Part shown: positions 18,267-28,463 of the stretch, in pieces | How the letters are laid out: every line of letters begins with the position of its first letter | Numbering within the stretch: position 1 is the first letter of the stretch | IMG/VR virus record: IMGVR_UViG_3300009378_000006 | Direction: 5' to 3' (one strand) | From: an uncultured virus (IMG/VR IMGVR_UViG_3300009378_000006) | Lineage: Duplodnaviria > Heunggongvirae > Uroviricota > Caudoviricetes | Length of the DNA: 64,000 nt | The notes under the pieces: model-generated | Told to the model about the DNA's origin: nothing | The model's database searches: none | Seen by the model: only the letters and a program-made list of their open reading frames with translations | Position numbers and translations under genes: made by a program

Positions 18267-18965
18267 TCAGACCGTGCGGCCCTCGATGACCGGCGCGGTG
18301 CTCAGGCGGTAGGCCTCGACGGTCTGCAGCAGGAGCTTGCCGCCGACGTAGAGGGTCTCACCGACAGCGACGCCGGTGGCGCCAGCCAGCAGGATGGCCA
18401 CCCAGCCGGTCGGCAGGGCGAACCGTGTCTCCAGCAGCCTGGCGATGAGGAGCCAGGCACCGGCGCCGATGGCGAACTGGATGCCGTGGCGGACCTTCGG
18501 GGAGGAGTTGGCGAACCGGATGGGGGCCCGGTATGCCTTCTGGCCGATGGTCTCATCCTCCGGCTTGACGCCGAGCTGCTTCTCGAGGTAGTTGGCGTGG
18601 TGGGCCGCCGCCTGAGCGGTGGCCTCGGCCGTCTCGATGCGCTTGAGGCCCTCGGACACCGAACCCTCGATCTGGGCGATCTTGAGCTCGATGTTCTCCT
18701 TGATGGCCTCGACCAGCTTGGGGTCGGTGGTCTCGGCCAGCGCCTCGACGGAGGACGCCAGACCGTCGAGCCGGTCCTGCAGCTCGGCGGCGAGCTCGCC
18801 CTGACCGGACAGCTCCTTGACCACCTCGTCGAACCTCTTGTCCATCGAGGCCTTGGTCGGCCGGTCCTTCAACCGACCGAACTTGTCCTCGACGATGGAC
18901 ACCACCTCAGCCTTGGTGACCGGCGCCTTGCTGGCGTCGACCTTCTTCACGGGGTCTGCGGACAT
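18267..18965 (-). CDS. Coiled-coil protein with two C-terminal TM segments
   Basis: SD GAGGAG before MSADPVKK; heptad-rich N-terminal part; hydrophobic GIQFAIGAGAWLLIA and GWVAILLAGATGVAV. Confidence 0.65.
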   Translation of the reverse strand: MSADPVKKVDASKAPVTKAEVVSIVEDKFGRLKDRPTKASMDKRFDEVVKELSGQGELAAELQDRLDGLASSVEALAETTDPKLVEAIKENIELKIAQIEGSVSEGLKRIETAEATAQAAAHHANYLEKQLGVKPEDETIGQKAYRAPIRFANSSPKVRHGIQFAIGAGAWLLIARLLETRFALPTGWVAILLAGATGVAVGETLYVGGKLLLQTVEAYRLSTAPVIEGRTV

Positions 18966-19056
18966 GAGTACTCCTCGTTCTTGGGGGTTTGCGGCCGCAA
19001 GGACGGGAGAACTACGGGATGTAGTCCTCCTGTCCAACCACTTGTCTTATGGCTGA

Positions 19057-19752
19057 TCAGGTGCGGTTTTTGCGGATGATGGCGAGGACGTCGCCCTTGG
19101 GGTCCACGTTGGGGGTGCTGAGCGCCAGGAAGCGGTCGCGGATGGCCTCGTCCCGGTAGGTCTCGATGTAGATGATGACGGCACCCCGGAGGTGCTTGCG
19201 GCAGAACTCCAGGCGGCTGTGGAGCTTCTGGGCGTCGAGGTCGGTCTTGTAGTCGGGCTGCCCACGCACCAGGGCTTGCAGCTCGAGGCAGAGCTTGAGG
19301 AACGTCAGCTCCGGCGTGTCCTCCTTCGTCGCCTCGTGGATGGCGTGGAACACCGTTTCGTCCAGCCGGGGGAAGAGCTCCACCCACCGAGCGGCCTCCT
19401 CGACGGAGGGGTGTAGCGTAGCGCGGTTCGCCATCTCCAGCATGGCCACGCACTCCTCCGCGTCCAGCTGGAGCGGGGGGAGGGTGATCTCGTGGATCTC
19501 GGTGAGCAGCCGGAGGTTGGACTCGAGCCGCAGGACGCGCCTCTGCAGGTCCAGGAGGGTCTTGCGGTTGAGGAGCGACCCGGTGTGGGCGTCGCGGTCG
19601 GCCGCCAGCTCCATGACCTCGTCGCGGAGGAGCATGGTGTACCGGCCCTGGGTGAAGCGGGTGAGCATCGAGCGGCCGATGTAGGTTTCCACCGTGCGGA
19701 CGGAGACTCCGAGCAAGGTGGCGGCCTCCTTCTTGGTCAGCATTTCGGGCAT
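19057..19752 (-). CDS. HTH (excisionase/MerR-like) DNA-binding protein
   Basis: MLTKKEAATLLGVSVRTVETYIGRSML followed by a coiled coil. Confidence 0.8.
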   Translation of the reverse strand: MPEMLTKKEAATLLGVSVRTVETYIGRSMLTRFTQGRYTMLLRDEVMELAADRDAHTGSLLNRKTLLDLQRRVLRLESNLRLLTEIHEITLPPLQLDAEECVAMLEMANRATLHPSVEEAARWVELFPRLDETVFHAIHEATKEDTPELTFLKLCLELQALVRGQPDYKTDLDAQKLHSRLEFCRKHLRGAVIIYIETYRDEAIRDRFLALSTPNVDPKGDVLAIIRKNRT

Positions 19753-19806
19753 GAATCAGGACCTCCAGTTGCCTCTCTTGTAGCAGGAAGCGCCCCGGCT
19801 TTGCCG

Positions 19807-19836
19807 TTGACACTGTCTCTGGCCACTGCCTATAAC
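19807..19836 (+). promoter_or_regulatory. Sigma70-like promoter for the head operon
   Basis: TTGACA-18 nt-TATAAC in a divergent intergenic region. Confidence 0.6.
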
Positions 19837-19866
19837 GAGGGGAGGCCAACCCTGCTCGAGGTGTCC

Positions 19867-20754
19867 ATGTCCGACTTCAACGAGATGCTCTCCACGACCA
19901 AGGGTACCAAGGTGTCGGCAAGTACCCTCCTGCTGATGGCCAAGGAGGCGAGCAAGGCCTACCTGGACCACAAGACCCCGCTCAACGACTCCATCGTGAA
20001 GCTGGCTCAGCAGCACCCCGAGTGGGGTGGCGAGCACATCCGGCGCGTCATCGAGGCGGCCAACCAGGAGACCTACGCGGCCCTGTTCCACAAGGAGGCC
20101 AGCGCGGTCAAGAACATCGTCTACGACCTGGCCGACCCCGAGGTCATCCTGCCCCAGCTGGAGAAGGAAGCACGCGCACACGTGACCCTCCCTGCCGGCG
20201 CAGCCTACGACAGGGACATCCCCGACTTCCGTGACGCGCTGAACGAGGACGAGTCCGACGCCATCCTGGCCAACGCCTTCGGCATCCCGGCGGCCCAGGA
20301 GAAGGTGGCGGAGGCAGCCCCCCACTCCACGCGCGACTGGGACCAGGCGCTGGGCGCCCTGGACCACGTGCGCGCCGAGGCGGGCGGGATCGACCGCATG
20401 CACGACGACCTCGTGCGCGACTTCAACCACCAGGTCAAGCAGGCGATGCTCGAGGGGCATGACCTCGCCGACATCGGCGCGGTGATGGAGGGGATGCTCG
20501 GTGAGAAGACGGCGGCGCTCAAGGACTACCTCGTTCGTGCCGTGCATCGCACGCTGGCGGAAGCGCCTGGGCTCGAGGTGTCGGCGGACCCTGCGAAGAC
20601 GGCTGCGGCTCAGGCTCGAGTCGTGGATCCTGCAGGCCCACTGGCAGTGGTCACCAAGCAGCTGCATGACGTCGTGGAGCGTCGGGACCTGTTCAAGACC
20701 GCCGAGGCCATCCTCGTCGAGAAGGAACGGGAGATCCGGGCGGCCCTGACGTGA
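19867..20754 (+). CDS. Putative prohead core protein, KxA-rich
   Basis: MSDFNEML...; KEAS x2, KLAQ, EKEA, EKVA, EKTAA, KTAAA. Confidence 0.7.
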   Translation: MSDFNEMLSTTKGTKVSASTLLLMAKEASKAYLDHKTPLNDSIVKLAQQHPEWGGEHIRRVIEAANQETYAALFHKEASAVKNIVYDLADPEVILPQLEKEARAHVTLPAGAAYDRDIPDFRDALNEDESDAILANAFGIPAAQEKVAEAAPHSTRDWDQALGALDHVRAEAGGIDRMHDDLVRDFNHQVKQAMLEGHDLADIGAVMEGMLGEKTAALKDYLVRAVHRTLAEAPGLEVSADPAKTAAAQARVVDPAGPLAVVTKQLHDVVERRDLFKTAEAILVEKEREIRAALT

Positions 20755-21014
20755 GCGAGGACTGGGCCAGGCGAACGCGAGTCGCTGTGGTGGCCCGCAC
20801 GATGGCCGGGCAGAAGAAGCTCGGCGGGGTGCTGAACGCGGCGGCCGCGGCACCCAAGCTCCTGTGGCAGCACCCTGTCGCCGGGTCGATGGCCATCGCC
20901 GGCGGAGCACTGGGGGCACACGGCCTGAAGCAGACGTCGGACACGGCCAAGGCCCTGAAGTTCCAGGAGCAGGCCAAGTTCCGTACCATCAAGGGACCAC
21001 TCGGGTACCAGTGA
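20751..21014 (+). CDS. Small hydrophobic virion protein
   Basis: GTGA overlap; KKLGG then a Gly/Ala-rich helix. Confidence 0.55.
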   Translation: MSEDWARRTRVAVVARTMAGQKKLGGVLNAAAAAPKLLWQHPVAGSMAIAGGALGAHGLKQTSDTAKALKFQEQAKFRTIKGPLGYQ

Positions 21015-21015
21015 G

Positions 21016-21642
21016 GTGGCGATGAGCGCTCGAGACGTGATTGCGAAGATGGTGAAGGAGGGCTCCCTCTCCCTGGAGCAGGTCCGCCACGTCGAGGCGA
21101 GGGCCGAGAAGGTCGCCAACGTCCTGACCCCCGAGATGCTGGCCGCCGTGGAGCACGCGGCGCGGGCCGCGACCCGGGGCGGCGGAGCGCAGCACCCCCT
21201 CAAGTTCGTGCAGGCGATGACCGGCCGGAACGCCCTGCCGACCATGGCCGCCATCGGCGCGGGCGGCGCGGCACTCACCGCCGGCGGCATCGGCGCCGCC
21301 ATGCTGGGATCCCTGGGCGTGCACGGCGTCGACCGCTTCGTCCAGGCCGTGAAGAAGGGCAAGGACTACAAGGACATGATGGAGGCCAACCCGGAGCTGG
21401 AGCACTACGACCCCCAGGAGCTCCAGGACGCCTTCAACACGCTCCACAAGTTCAACCCCGAGCTGGCCGGCGACCCGCTGGTGGCCGGCACCTTCGTGCG
21501 TCGCGTGGCCGACGCGGACGCCATCGACCACCGCACCGTGGGCGAGCTGGCCCGTACCCGCAAGGAGATGGGCCGCCCCTTCGGCCAGCAGGCCGCGCAG
21601 GGGGGTGCCTCCTTCAACGCGGCGATGGGCCTCCTCAAGTAG
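21016..21642 (+). CDS. Putative virion protein with a Gly-zipper helix
   Basis: EKVAN motif; AAIGAGGAALTAGGIGAAMLGSLG. Confidence 0.7.
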   Translation: MAMSARDVIAKMVKEGSLSLEQVRHVEARAEKVANVLTPEMLAAVEHAARAATRGGGAQHPLKFVQAMTGRNALPTMAAIGAGGAALTAGGIGAAMLGSLGVHGVDRFVQAVKKGKDYKDMMEANPELEHYDPQELQDAFNTLHKFNPELAGDPLVAGTFVRRVADADAIDHRTVGELARTRKEMGRPFGQQAAQGGASFNAAMGLLK

Positions 21643-21645
21643 TCC

Positions 21646-23367
21646 ATGCTCAAGCTGCTGCACTACGCGGGGGAGGACGAGAGCGGCCCCCGCTCGCACA
21701 TCATCACCCCGGGAGAGCCGGAGCTGGTCAAGACAGCTGCGCCGCTCCACCACGAGGTGCAGCAGTTCATCGCCCACCTGAAGCCGCGTGACGGCAAGAC
21801 CTACGCCCTGGTCAACGCCCTGGGGGCCACCGAGCTGTACGGCCCCAACATCAACGCCGACGGCTTCTCCATCGACGCGCTGAGGTACAAGCCCGACGGC
21901 TGGGACGACATCCCTCCGTGGGAGGTGGAGGCCCGCCGCGCACTTGCGGCGAAGGCCCCCTACGGGTTCACCACCTTCTACGACGCCGGGGCCTTCCGCC
22001 ACCACAAGAACAAGCCCTACGCCCCCCACAACCACCCGCAGTACGGCGTCGTCGACCTGGCCGTCTGGCACGAGGCGATGCGCCGGGTGGAGCTGGTGGT
22101 CGCGCTGGACCACGACCTGTGCCGCAAGGCCGGTGGCTGGGACATCGTCGAGAAGCTCGAGGCCGGGGAGTACCTCCCGGTCTCCATGGGCTGCCGCGTC
22201 AAGTACGACACGTGCTCCCTCTGTGGCCAGAAGTCGAAGACCCGCAACGACTACTGCCACCACATGAACAAGCAGGACCCGCGGTTCAAGCCGAACCTCA
22301 TCCTGCCGGACGGCCGCCAGATCTTCGTCTGGAACCCGTACCCCCGGTTCTTCGACATCTCCTTCGTGCTCATCGGCGCCGACAAGACCGCCAAGGTGAT
22401 GGGCCTGCTGTCCTCCGGGAAGCAGTCCTTCATCTCGGTCCCGCCACAGTCGTTGTCCGACCGCTCGGCAGACCGCGCGGCCGACCTCGGCTACACTGAC
22501 GGGGCCGTGGAGAAGGTGGCCAGCCCCGAAGAGGAACTGCTGGCCCTCCTCCAGGAAGACGAGATGGAGAAGGTCGCCCACCAGAAGGTCGCCGTCGAGC
22601 AGAAGCTCGCCGACATCATCAAGGAGCTGCCGCCCGACCGCGCGGCCGGGAAGGCGATGCCCCTGCTGGAGCGGGTCGAGCCCGACATCCCCAGCGGCAT
22701 CCTCGACTCCCTCTCCAAGCCCCGAGGCTCCGTCGCAGACGACCTCGGCAGCATCGCTGCAACTGCCGGGAAGCTGGGCATCGTGCTCAAGCCCCGGGAG
22801 TTCCAACATCTCGTGCTGTCCCGTTGCGGAAACGGGGCACTCGCCAACGAACTGGGCGCCAGGAATCAGGTGTTCAGCCCGTGCTTGGGGACGAGCCCGT
22901 TCTCGATGGGGTCGCCCCTCCCAGACCTGCACAGGCTGCTGCATCCGTTCCTCGCGACGAGGTCGATGATGGGGGCGCCGCTGAAGAAGCGGATCACCAT
23001 CGTCATCTCCGTCACCCCTCCGCCACCTCGGAACGAGGTGCGCTCCACGATGCCCCTGCTGGACGAGATCTCTCGGTCCTACAACGGGTACCGTCACTCC
23101 CTCCTGCGGTTCCTGGCGGGAGGGGGGTGCGACAGTCTGTCGCATCTCCACCAGGAAGCCAGCGACCCGCTGGCCAAGTTGTTCACAAGAAACCCTGTTG
23201 CCATTACCGACGATTCGCTGGCAGGATTGTTTTCGTTGGGGCCTCTGATGTACTTGCTTCGCGCGTACTGGGACGCCACGAAGCACCTGGGTCCCGAGGT
23301 CAGTCAGCGAATTGCTGCAGAAAACCCAGGGCTGGTTGCCAAACTGGCGTATGCCAACCCAGCGTGA
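21646..23367 (+). CDS. Prohead (capsid maturation) protease with a Zn-binding insertion and C-terminal extension
   Basis: N.NADGF, FRHHKN, VSMGC.V.YD.CS.CG, and FFDISFVLIGADKTAKV (like the ExSxVxxPA motif of HK97-type proteases); lies upstream of scaffold and capsid genes. Confidence 0.7.
   Translation: MLKLLHYAGEDESGPRSHIITPGEPELVKTAAPLHHEVQQFIAHLKPRDGKTYALVNALGATELYGPNINADGFSIDALRYKPDGWDDIPPWEVEARRALAAKAPYGFTTFYDAGAFRHHKNKPYAPHNHPQYGVVDLAVWHEAMRRVELVVALDHDLCRKAGGWDIVEKLEAGEYLPVSMGCRVKYDTCSLCGQKSKTRNDYCHHMNKQDPRFKPNLILPDGRQIFVWNPYPRFFDISFVLIGADKTAKVMGLLSSGKQSFISVPPQSLSDRSADRAADLGYTDGAVEKVASPEEELLALLQEDEMEKVAHQKVAVEQKLADIIKELPPDRAAGKAMPLLERVEPDIPSGILDSLSKPRGSVADDLGSIAATAGKLGIVLKPREFQHLVLSRCGNGALANELGARNQVFSPCLGTSPFSMGSPLPDLHRLLHPFLATRSMMGAPLKKRITIVISVTPPPPRNEVRSTMPLLDEISRSYNGYRHSLLRFLAGGGCDSLSHLHQEASDPLAKLFTRNPVAITDDSLAGLFSLGPLMYLLRAYWDATKHLGPEVSQRIAAENPGLVAKLAYANPA
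23129..23143. promoter_or_regulatory. Palindrome copy 3
   Basis: GCGACAGTCTGTCGC, extends to 17 bp with T/A flanks. Confidence 0.8.
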
Positions 23368-23379
23368 GGAGAAGCCAAC

Positions 23380-24057
23380 ATGTCCGGAATGAACCAGTTC
23401 CTCGCAGAGGCCTACGGCACGGCCGCACCGACGCAGGAGCCCAGTGAGCAGGAGAAGGTCGCCGCGGCCTACGAGTTCCTGGACAAGCTGGCCTCCGCCG
23501 ACGGCATCGACATCCGTCAGCTCAACGACGCGGACGTCGAGAAGGTCGCCAACTTCTACTTCGCCAAGCTCGCCGAGGAGGAGGCCGCGGAAGCCGCCCC
23601 CGCCGAGGAGAAGAAGGAGGAGAAGAAGGAGGAGAAGGAGGACAAGGGCGAGGTCCCGCCCCAGTTCACCGACCCCGAGAAGCAGGCCATGGCCGAGATG
23701 GGGGAGGCCGACTTCCTCGGTCGGCAGATGGCCCACGCCTTCGTCAACGAGCTGGACACCATCCAGAAGACCGCCATGGCGGCGCAAGCCGAGGCTCCCG
23801 CCGAGCCGGCGGCCGAGCAGCCCGCCGAGATCCCCGAGGCCCTGCTGAAGGTCGCCGAGGCGCGCGCCCTGGAGTTCCTGCAGCAGAAGGTCGCCGAGGG
23901 CAAGCTGTGCAAGTGCGGTGACCCCGCCTGCGACGGCGCGGCCTGCGCGAGCAACAAGGACGAGACCAAGGAGGCCTCCGCCGACCAGAGCCAGGTCGAC
24001 GCCATCGCGGCGCAGATGCTGGCCCAGTCCGGCTACGGTCACCTGCTCGAGGGCTAG
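23380..24057 (+). CDS. Acidic scaffold/core protein, KxA-rich
   Basis: EKVAA, DKLAS, EKVAN, AKLAE, EKQA, AFVNELDTIQKTA, KEAS. Confidence 0.7.
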   Translation: MSGMNQFLAEAYGTAAPTQEPSEQEKVAAAYEFLDKLASADGIDIRQLNDADVEKVANFYFAKLAEEEAAEAAPAEEKKEEKKEEKEDKGEVPPQFTDPEKQAMAEMGEADFLGRQMAHAFVNELDTIQKTAMAAQAEAPAEPAAEQPAEIPEALLKVAEARALEFLQQKVAEGKLCKCGDPACDGAACASNKDETKEASADQSQVDAIAAQMLAQSGYGHLLEG

Positions 24058-24076
24058 GACGCGAGGGCAGTGAGGC

Positions 24077-24352
24077 ATGACGGGCACAGGTCCAGCGCGG
24101 AGTCAGCAGTCGGGGGCGTTCTCGCCCAGCGGGCTGTCTGCGTTCCAGGACGAGCTCCGCAAGATCGGCGCGTCGCTCGGTGTCAAGCTCCCCAAGGCCA
24201 AGCTCCCGAAGAGTTCCGTCCCGACACCCAAGGCGCCGACGGCGCGGGGGCAGAAGGCGGAGTACATCACGGGCGTCAGCGAAACCTCCACGCCCCCACA
24301 AGTGACAGGTACCTTGCCGCCAGGATCGGCGGCCGGGGCCCCCACGAGGTGA
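24077..24352 (+). CDS. Small protein with AFQDELRKIGA leader
   Basis: SD GAGG; motif shared with other cargo-like proteins. Confidence 0.55.
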   Translation: MTGTGPARSQQSGAFSPSGLSAFQDELRKIGASLGVKLPKAKLPKSSVPTPKAPTARGQKAEYITGVSETSTPPQVTGTLPPGSAAGAPTR

Positions 24353-24355
24353 CAC

Positions 24356-26230
24356 ATGGGTGACCAGCACGGCTTCGCTCTCCAGAGCATGCTCAGCAGC
24401 GTCTTCTCCGAAGCGCAGCAGAGGATGGAGAAGACGGCCGAGGAGGCCCCTCCCGCTTCCGACGAGAAGAAGGAGAAGGACCTTCCGCCGTTCCTGGAGA
24501 AGAAGGACGACGACAAGGAAGAGGCGAAGGAAGCCTCCATCAACTACGAGTACTGCTACAAGCTGGCCAGCGCGGTCGAGCACGTCGCGACGCACCTCCC
24601 GGAGATGACCGACGGTCGCTCCAACGAGGAGAAGGTCGCGGAGGCGCTGCTCATCGCCGAGGCCATGGGCTTCCAGAAGGTGGCCGTCGAGGGGCAGGAG
24701 AAGAAGGACGCGGGCAACGCCCCGGCCTCCCTCACGCCGCCGAAGGATCCGCCGATGGGCCAGGGGCTCCAGGAGTCCCCGGCGCCCAGCAACGCCCTGC
24801 AGAACACGCAGGAGCAGCGCCCGGGCGGTGAGGGCGAGCAGCCCTACAAGCACGACAAGTCCAAGACCATGACCCTGCCGACCGACCCCAAGCTGGAGAG
24901 CCCCGCGCTCGCAGCCGGGGACTCGACCACGGCCCTGGAGACCGACGAGAACCAGGCGCCCGGCAACAACAGCGGTCCGGTCCCGACCGAGGGCTACCCC
25001 GAGAAGGGCGTGTTCAAGGAGGCCGGCGTGCCGGCGTCCTTCGCTGACGCCCTCGTCAAGCAGGCCCTGTCCGACCCGTTCAGCGGGTTCGCCGAGGGCC
25101 AGGAGGCCGCCCGGGGAACCGGCCGCGGCTTCCGGGGTGGCATGCGCGTCGCCGGGGGCACGGCCCTTGGCGGCGCTGCCGGCGGCGCTGCCGGAACCGC
25201 AGCTGGCGGTCTCGGCGGTGGTGCCCTCGGTGGCCTCGGCGGTGCCGGCCTGGCGGGTCTGGCGATGCTGGTCCCGGGGCTGCGTGCCCAGGCGGCGAGG
25301 GTCCTCGGCGGTGGCGCCGGTCGGGCCATCGGTGCCGGTGCTGCTGGCGGAGCCGCTCTCGGCGGCCTCGGCGGCGCGGCCCTCGGCGGCCCCGCAGGGG
25401 CGCTGTACGGGAGCCAGCGTGGGCGGGACATGTCCATGCGCAAGATCGAGGAGCACCGCGGCGCCTACGGCGAGCCGACCGAGAAGGCCGTCGCGCGCTG
25501 GGAGAAGCGAGAGGACAAGGGCAAGCCCCCGGCCATGTCCGACCTCCGCGTCCCGACCCAGGCGCTCATCGACCCGGACAACATGCCCAAGACCGGGTCG
25601 GCCAAGCCGGGCACCAGCCCCCTGGTCGACTACGTGCTCCAGAAGCTGTCCGAGGAGAACTCGGGCGCGACCATCTCCGCCGGACCGTCGTCGACCACGA
25701 CGGTGGACGGCGGCGACTTCCCCGGCACCGAGGCCGGCGAGGGCGTACCCCCCATGAAGACCCGCGGTCAGGACTCCATGATCGCGGACAGCAACGCCGC
25801 CATCGACTTCACCAAGCGTGACGCGAAGGCGGAACCCAAGAAGGACCTCAAGAAGGTCCTGGACGAGCCCGCTCAGTCGAAGGCGACCGACTCCAAGCTC
25901 AAGGAGAACCTCACGGCGACGGACCAGGCAGGAGCCAAGATCGCGACCGCAGCGGCGCGCGAGCTCCTCCGACGGGTCCTCTCTGGCGAGGAAGGCCACG
26001 AGAAGGAGGCCACGCTGAAGATGGCGCTGCGGAAGCTCGCCGGAGAGCCCGAGATCTCGGAGGAGCCGGAGACCCCGGACACCGAAGAGGACGCTCGGGA
26101 CGAAGAAGACCAGCAGGAACGCGCCGAGCAGGCCTTCGCCGAACTCCTCGAGGAGGCGGCACAGGCCGAGGGCGAGGAGGGCACTCCCGCCGCTCCCGCC
26201 GCAGCTCCCGACGTCCCGGCGACGGTGTAG
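24356..26230 (+). CDS. Low-complexity internal head/scaffold protein with a central Gly-zipper module
   Basis: About 12 KxA motifs; long GGxxG run after VKQAL. Confidence 0.7.
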   Translation: MGDQHGFALQSMLSSVFSEAQQRMEKTAEEAPPASDEKKEKDLPPFLEKKDDDKEEAKEASINYEYCYKLASAVEHVATHLPEMTDGRSNEEKVAEALLIAEAMGFQKVAVEGQEKKDAGNAPASLTPPKDPPMGQGLQESPAPSNALQNTQEQRPGGEGEQPYKHDKSKTMTLPTDPKLESPALAAGDSTTALETDENQAPGNNSGPVPTEGYPEKGVFKEAGVPASFADALVKQALSDPFSGFAEGQEAARGTGRGFRGGMRVAGGTALGGAAGGAAGTAAGGLGGGALGGLGGAGLAGLAMLVPGLRAQAARVLGGGAGRAIGAGAAGGAALGGLGGAALGGPAGALYGSQRGRDMSMRKIEEHRGAYGEPTEKAVARWEKREDKGKPPAMSDLRVPTQALIDPDNMPKTGSAKPGTSPLVDYVLQKLSEENSGATISAGPSSTTTVDGGDFPGTEAGEGVPPMKTRGQDSMIADSNAAIDFTKRDAKAEPKKDLKKVLDEPAQSKATDSKLKENLTATDQAGAKIATAAARELLRRVLSGEEGHEKEATLKMALRKLAGEPEISEEPETPDTEEDARDEEDQQERAEQAFAELLEEAAQAEGEEGTPAAPAAAPDVPATV

Positions 26231-26244
26231 AGGAGGTACCGACC

Positions 26245-26613
26245 ATGCTGAAGACGGCAGATGCCTACTCCGTGCTCGACCAGGTTCCCGGCACCATGCG
26301 GGCCCTGACCAAGCGCGCGTCCTCCCTCGAGGAGGAGAACGCCAAGCTCCGGGCGGAGAACACGCAGTTCAAGCTGCGTGACCGCGCGGTCAAGGTCGCC
26401 CAGGAGATGGAGGCCAAGGGCCTCAACGAGGACCTCACCCTCGAGGAGAAGGTCGCGTCGCTCCTGGAAGACCCCGACCAGCTCGCCACCCGCGAGGCCG
26501 CCGTTTCGATGGCAGCCCAGCAGGTCAAGCTCGGCTCCCCGGCCGAGGGCAAGCCCGACGCCGGCAGCAACGCCAGCCAGCTCGTGGCGTACCTGATGGA
26601 CGACGACGAGTGA
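26245..26613 (+). CDS. Coiled-coil scaffolding-like protein
   Basis: SD GAGGAGG; LKTA, KRAS, KVA, EKVAS; precedes the capsid genes. Confidence 0.7.
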   Translation: MLKTADAYSVLDQVPGTMRALTKRASSLEEENAKLRAENTQFKLRDRAVKVAQEMEAKGLNEDLTLEEKVASLLEDPDQLATREAAVSMAAQQVKLGSPAEGKPDAGSNASQLVAYLMDDDE

Positions 26614-26662
26614 CCAACAACCAGCACATCTGAGGCGCTAGCCTCACGGAGGAAAAGATCAG

Positions 26663-27238
26663 ATGTTCACCCTGATCAGCGACTACGAGGAGACCAAGCG
26701 ACGGGATCTCCCCATCATCGCCGGAACCGGCGACGCGGCGGGCCATGCCCCGCTGAACCCCAACGACGCGCGCTCCCTCGTCATCGGCGAGTGGCTCGAG
26801 CAGGACGACACCAACGGCGTGTGGTCCTTCGTGCGCGGCGGCACCAACAACGTGGCCGGTCTCCCGGCCGCCCCGCAGCCCTCCGTGGCGATGGCCTTCC
26901 CGTTCTTCCTGGAGCGGGGACGCTACGACATGCAGGCCATCTCCGGCGGCGGCAAGGCCACCGTCCTGTACATGGGGCACTACGAGTTCGAGACGGACCT
27001 CACGCTCGACTTCGCGACCGACACCCCGACCCTCGGTGACCCCCTGACGGTCATCGACATCGACTGGCAGGGCGCCGGCGTCGTACGCCGCGGCCTCTGC
27101 TCCATCACCGAAGCCAACTTCGCAGCCGCGGCCGTCGCCGGTGGCTGGGTGCTCGGCGTCGACTACCACATCCACGCGCGCGTGACGTTCGTGGACGCAA
27201 CCAACGAGCGGGTCCGCGCGATCCGCGTCTACAGCTGA
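26663..27238 (+). CDS. Probable capsid decoration/cement protein
   Basis: Beta-rich 191 aa immediately upstream of the major capsid gene. Confidence 0.5.
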   Translation: MFTLISDYEETKRRDLPIIAGTGDAAGHAPLNPNDARSLVIGEWLEQDDTNGVWSFVRGGTNNVAGLPAAPQPSVAMAFPFFLERGRYDMQAISGGGKATVLYMGHYEFETDLTLDFATDTPTLGDPLTVIDIDWQGAGVVRRGLCSITEANFAAAAVAGGWVLGVDYHIHARVTFVDATNERVRAIRVYS

Positions 27239-27265
27239 TCCCTGAGAAGGGCAGGAGGAAACGCC

Positions 27266-28390
27266 ATGTCGCGTCCCGCAGACATCCTGAATCGGCTCTT
27301 CTCCCAGAAGGTCGAAACCGCGGAAGGCAAGGAGAAGATCGCCGAGTACGGCGGCACCTACATCCGCGACCACCTCCGCGAGGTGAGCTTCGCCCGCAAG
27401 GTCGTTCCCCCGCAGCAGGTCACCAAGGCCGACTGCCAGCGGAGCGTCTCGCACGACACCCTGGTCAAGATCGTCGACATCGAGCCGGAGAGCCGGGCGA
27501 TGGCGATCACCTTCCGGGGTGAGCCCACCGCGCGCTACATCAGCGCCCCGCGCTTCGAGATCCCCTTCTACACGATCTCCTCGGAGAAGTTCGAGAAGAC
27601 CGAGCAGGAGCTCCTGGCCTACGAGATGCCCATCACCAAGGTCATCGAGGACAACACGGCCAAGGACATCCAGGAGATCGAGGACCGCGAGTTCCTGCTG
27701 CACATCGAGGCCTGCATCGAGGCCGTCCAGCAGGAGAACAACGGCGGCATCGCCGTCGCGTTCAACCGCACCAACGTCAACGCCGGCGCCGTGGTGGGTG
27801 CCTCCAAGGTCAAGGGCCTCAACTCCCTGACCCTGGGCGGCGCGGACGACTTCACCGTCCGGCCCATCCTGCGGCCCGACATCGTCAACCTGCGCAAGCT
27901 GCTCAGCCGCAACCGGCTGCGCCCCGAGCGCATGCTGATGACCGAGCCGGACTTCGAGGACGTACTGCAGTGGACCATCGAGGACTTCGGTGACAAGATC
28001 CAGTCCGAGACGGTGGTCGACGGCTACAAGTACAACATGCTCCTCGGCACCAACTTCATCCGCACGATCAAGACCGACATCCTGCGGGACGGCAACGTGT
28101 ACATCTTCACGAAGCCGGAGTTCTTCGGCCGGTTCTACATCCTGAACCAGACGAAGTTCTACATCGACAAGAAGGCGAACGTCCTCTTCTGGCAGGCCTG
28201 GGAGGACATCGGCATGGGCTTCGGCAACATCGCCTCCGTGCGCAAGCTCGAGCTCTACCGGGGCTCGGTCATCACGGGCGCGACCGACGCGGGCTTCGCG
28301 GCCCGGCAGCCGGTGGCCGAGACCGCGCTGGGCGCGATGCAGAACCGCGCCGCCGACGGCCTGACGTTCCCGCAGGTCAACCAGTTCTGA
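27266..28390 (+). CDS. Major capsid protein (HK97-fold)
   Basis: 374 aa, strongly biased codons, SD AGGAGG, position after protease and scaffolds; IRDHLREVSFARKVVPP and AWEDIGMGFGN. Confidence 0.75.
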   Translation: MSRPADILNRLFSQKVETAEGKEKIAEYGGTYIRDHLREVSFARKVVPPQQVTKADCQRSVSHDTLVKIVDIEPESRAMAITFRGEPTARYISAPRFEIPFYTISSEKFEKTEQELLAYEMPITKVIEDNTAKDIQEIEDREFLLHIEACIEAVQQENNGGIAVAFNRTNVNAGAVVGASKVKGLNSLTLGGADDFTVRPILRPDIVNLRKLLSRNRLRPERMLMTEPDFEDVLQWTIEDFGDKIQSETVVDGYKYNMLLGTNFIRTIKTDILRDGNVYIFTKPEFFGRFYILNQTKFYIDKKANVLFWQAWEDIGMGFGNIASVRKLELYRGSVITGATDAGFAARQPVAETALGAMQNRAADGLTFPQVNQF

Positions 28391-28403
28391 TTCCGCCGGG
28401 GCT

Positions 28404-28438
28404 CCCGCCCCCGTCTCCTACCCGGTGTCGGGGGCGGG
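28404..28438 (+). terminator. Hairpin after the capsid gene
   Basis: CCCGCCCCCG...CGGGGGCGGG 10-bp stem, 15-nt loop. Confidence 0.35.
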
Positions 28439-28463
28439 GGTACCCAGCTTGGAAGGGGCCCCG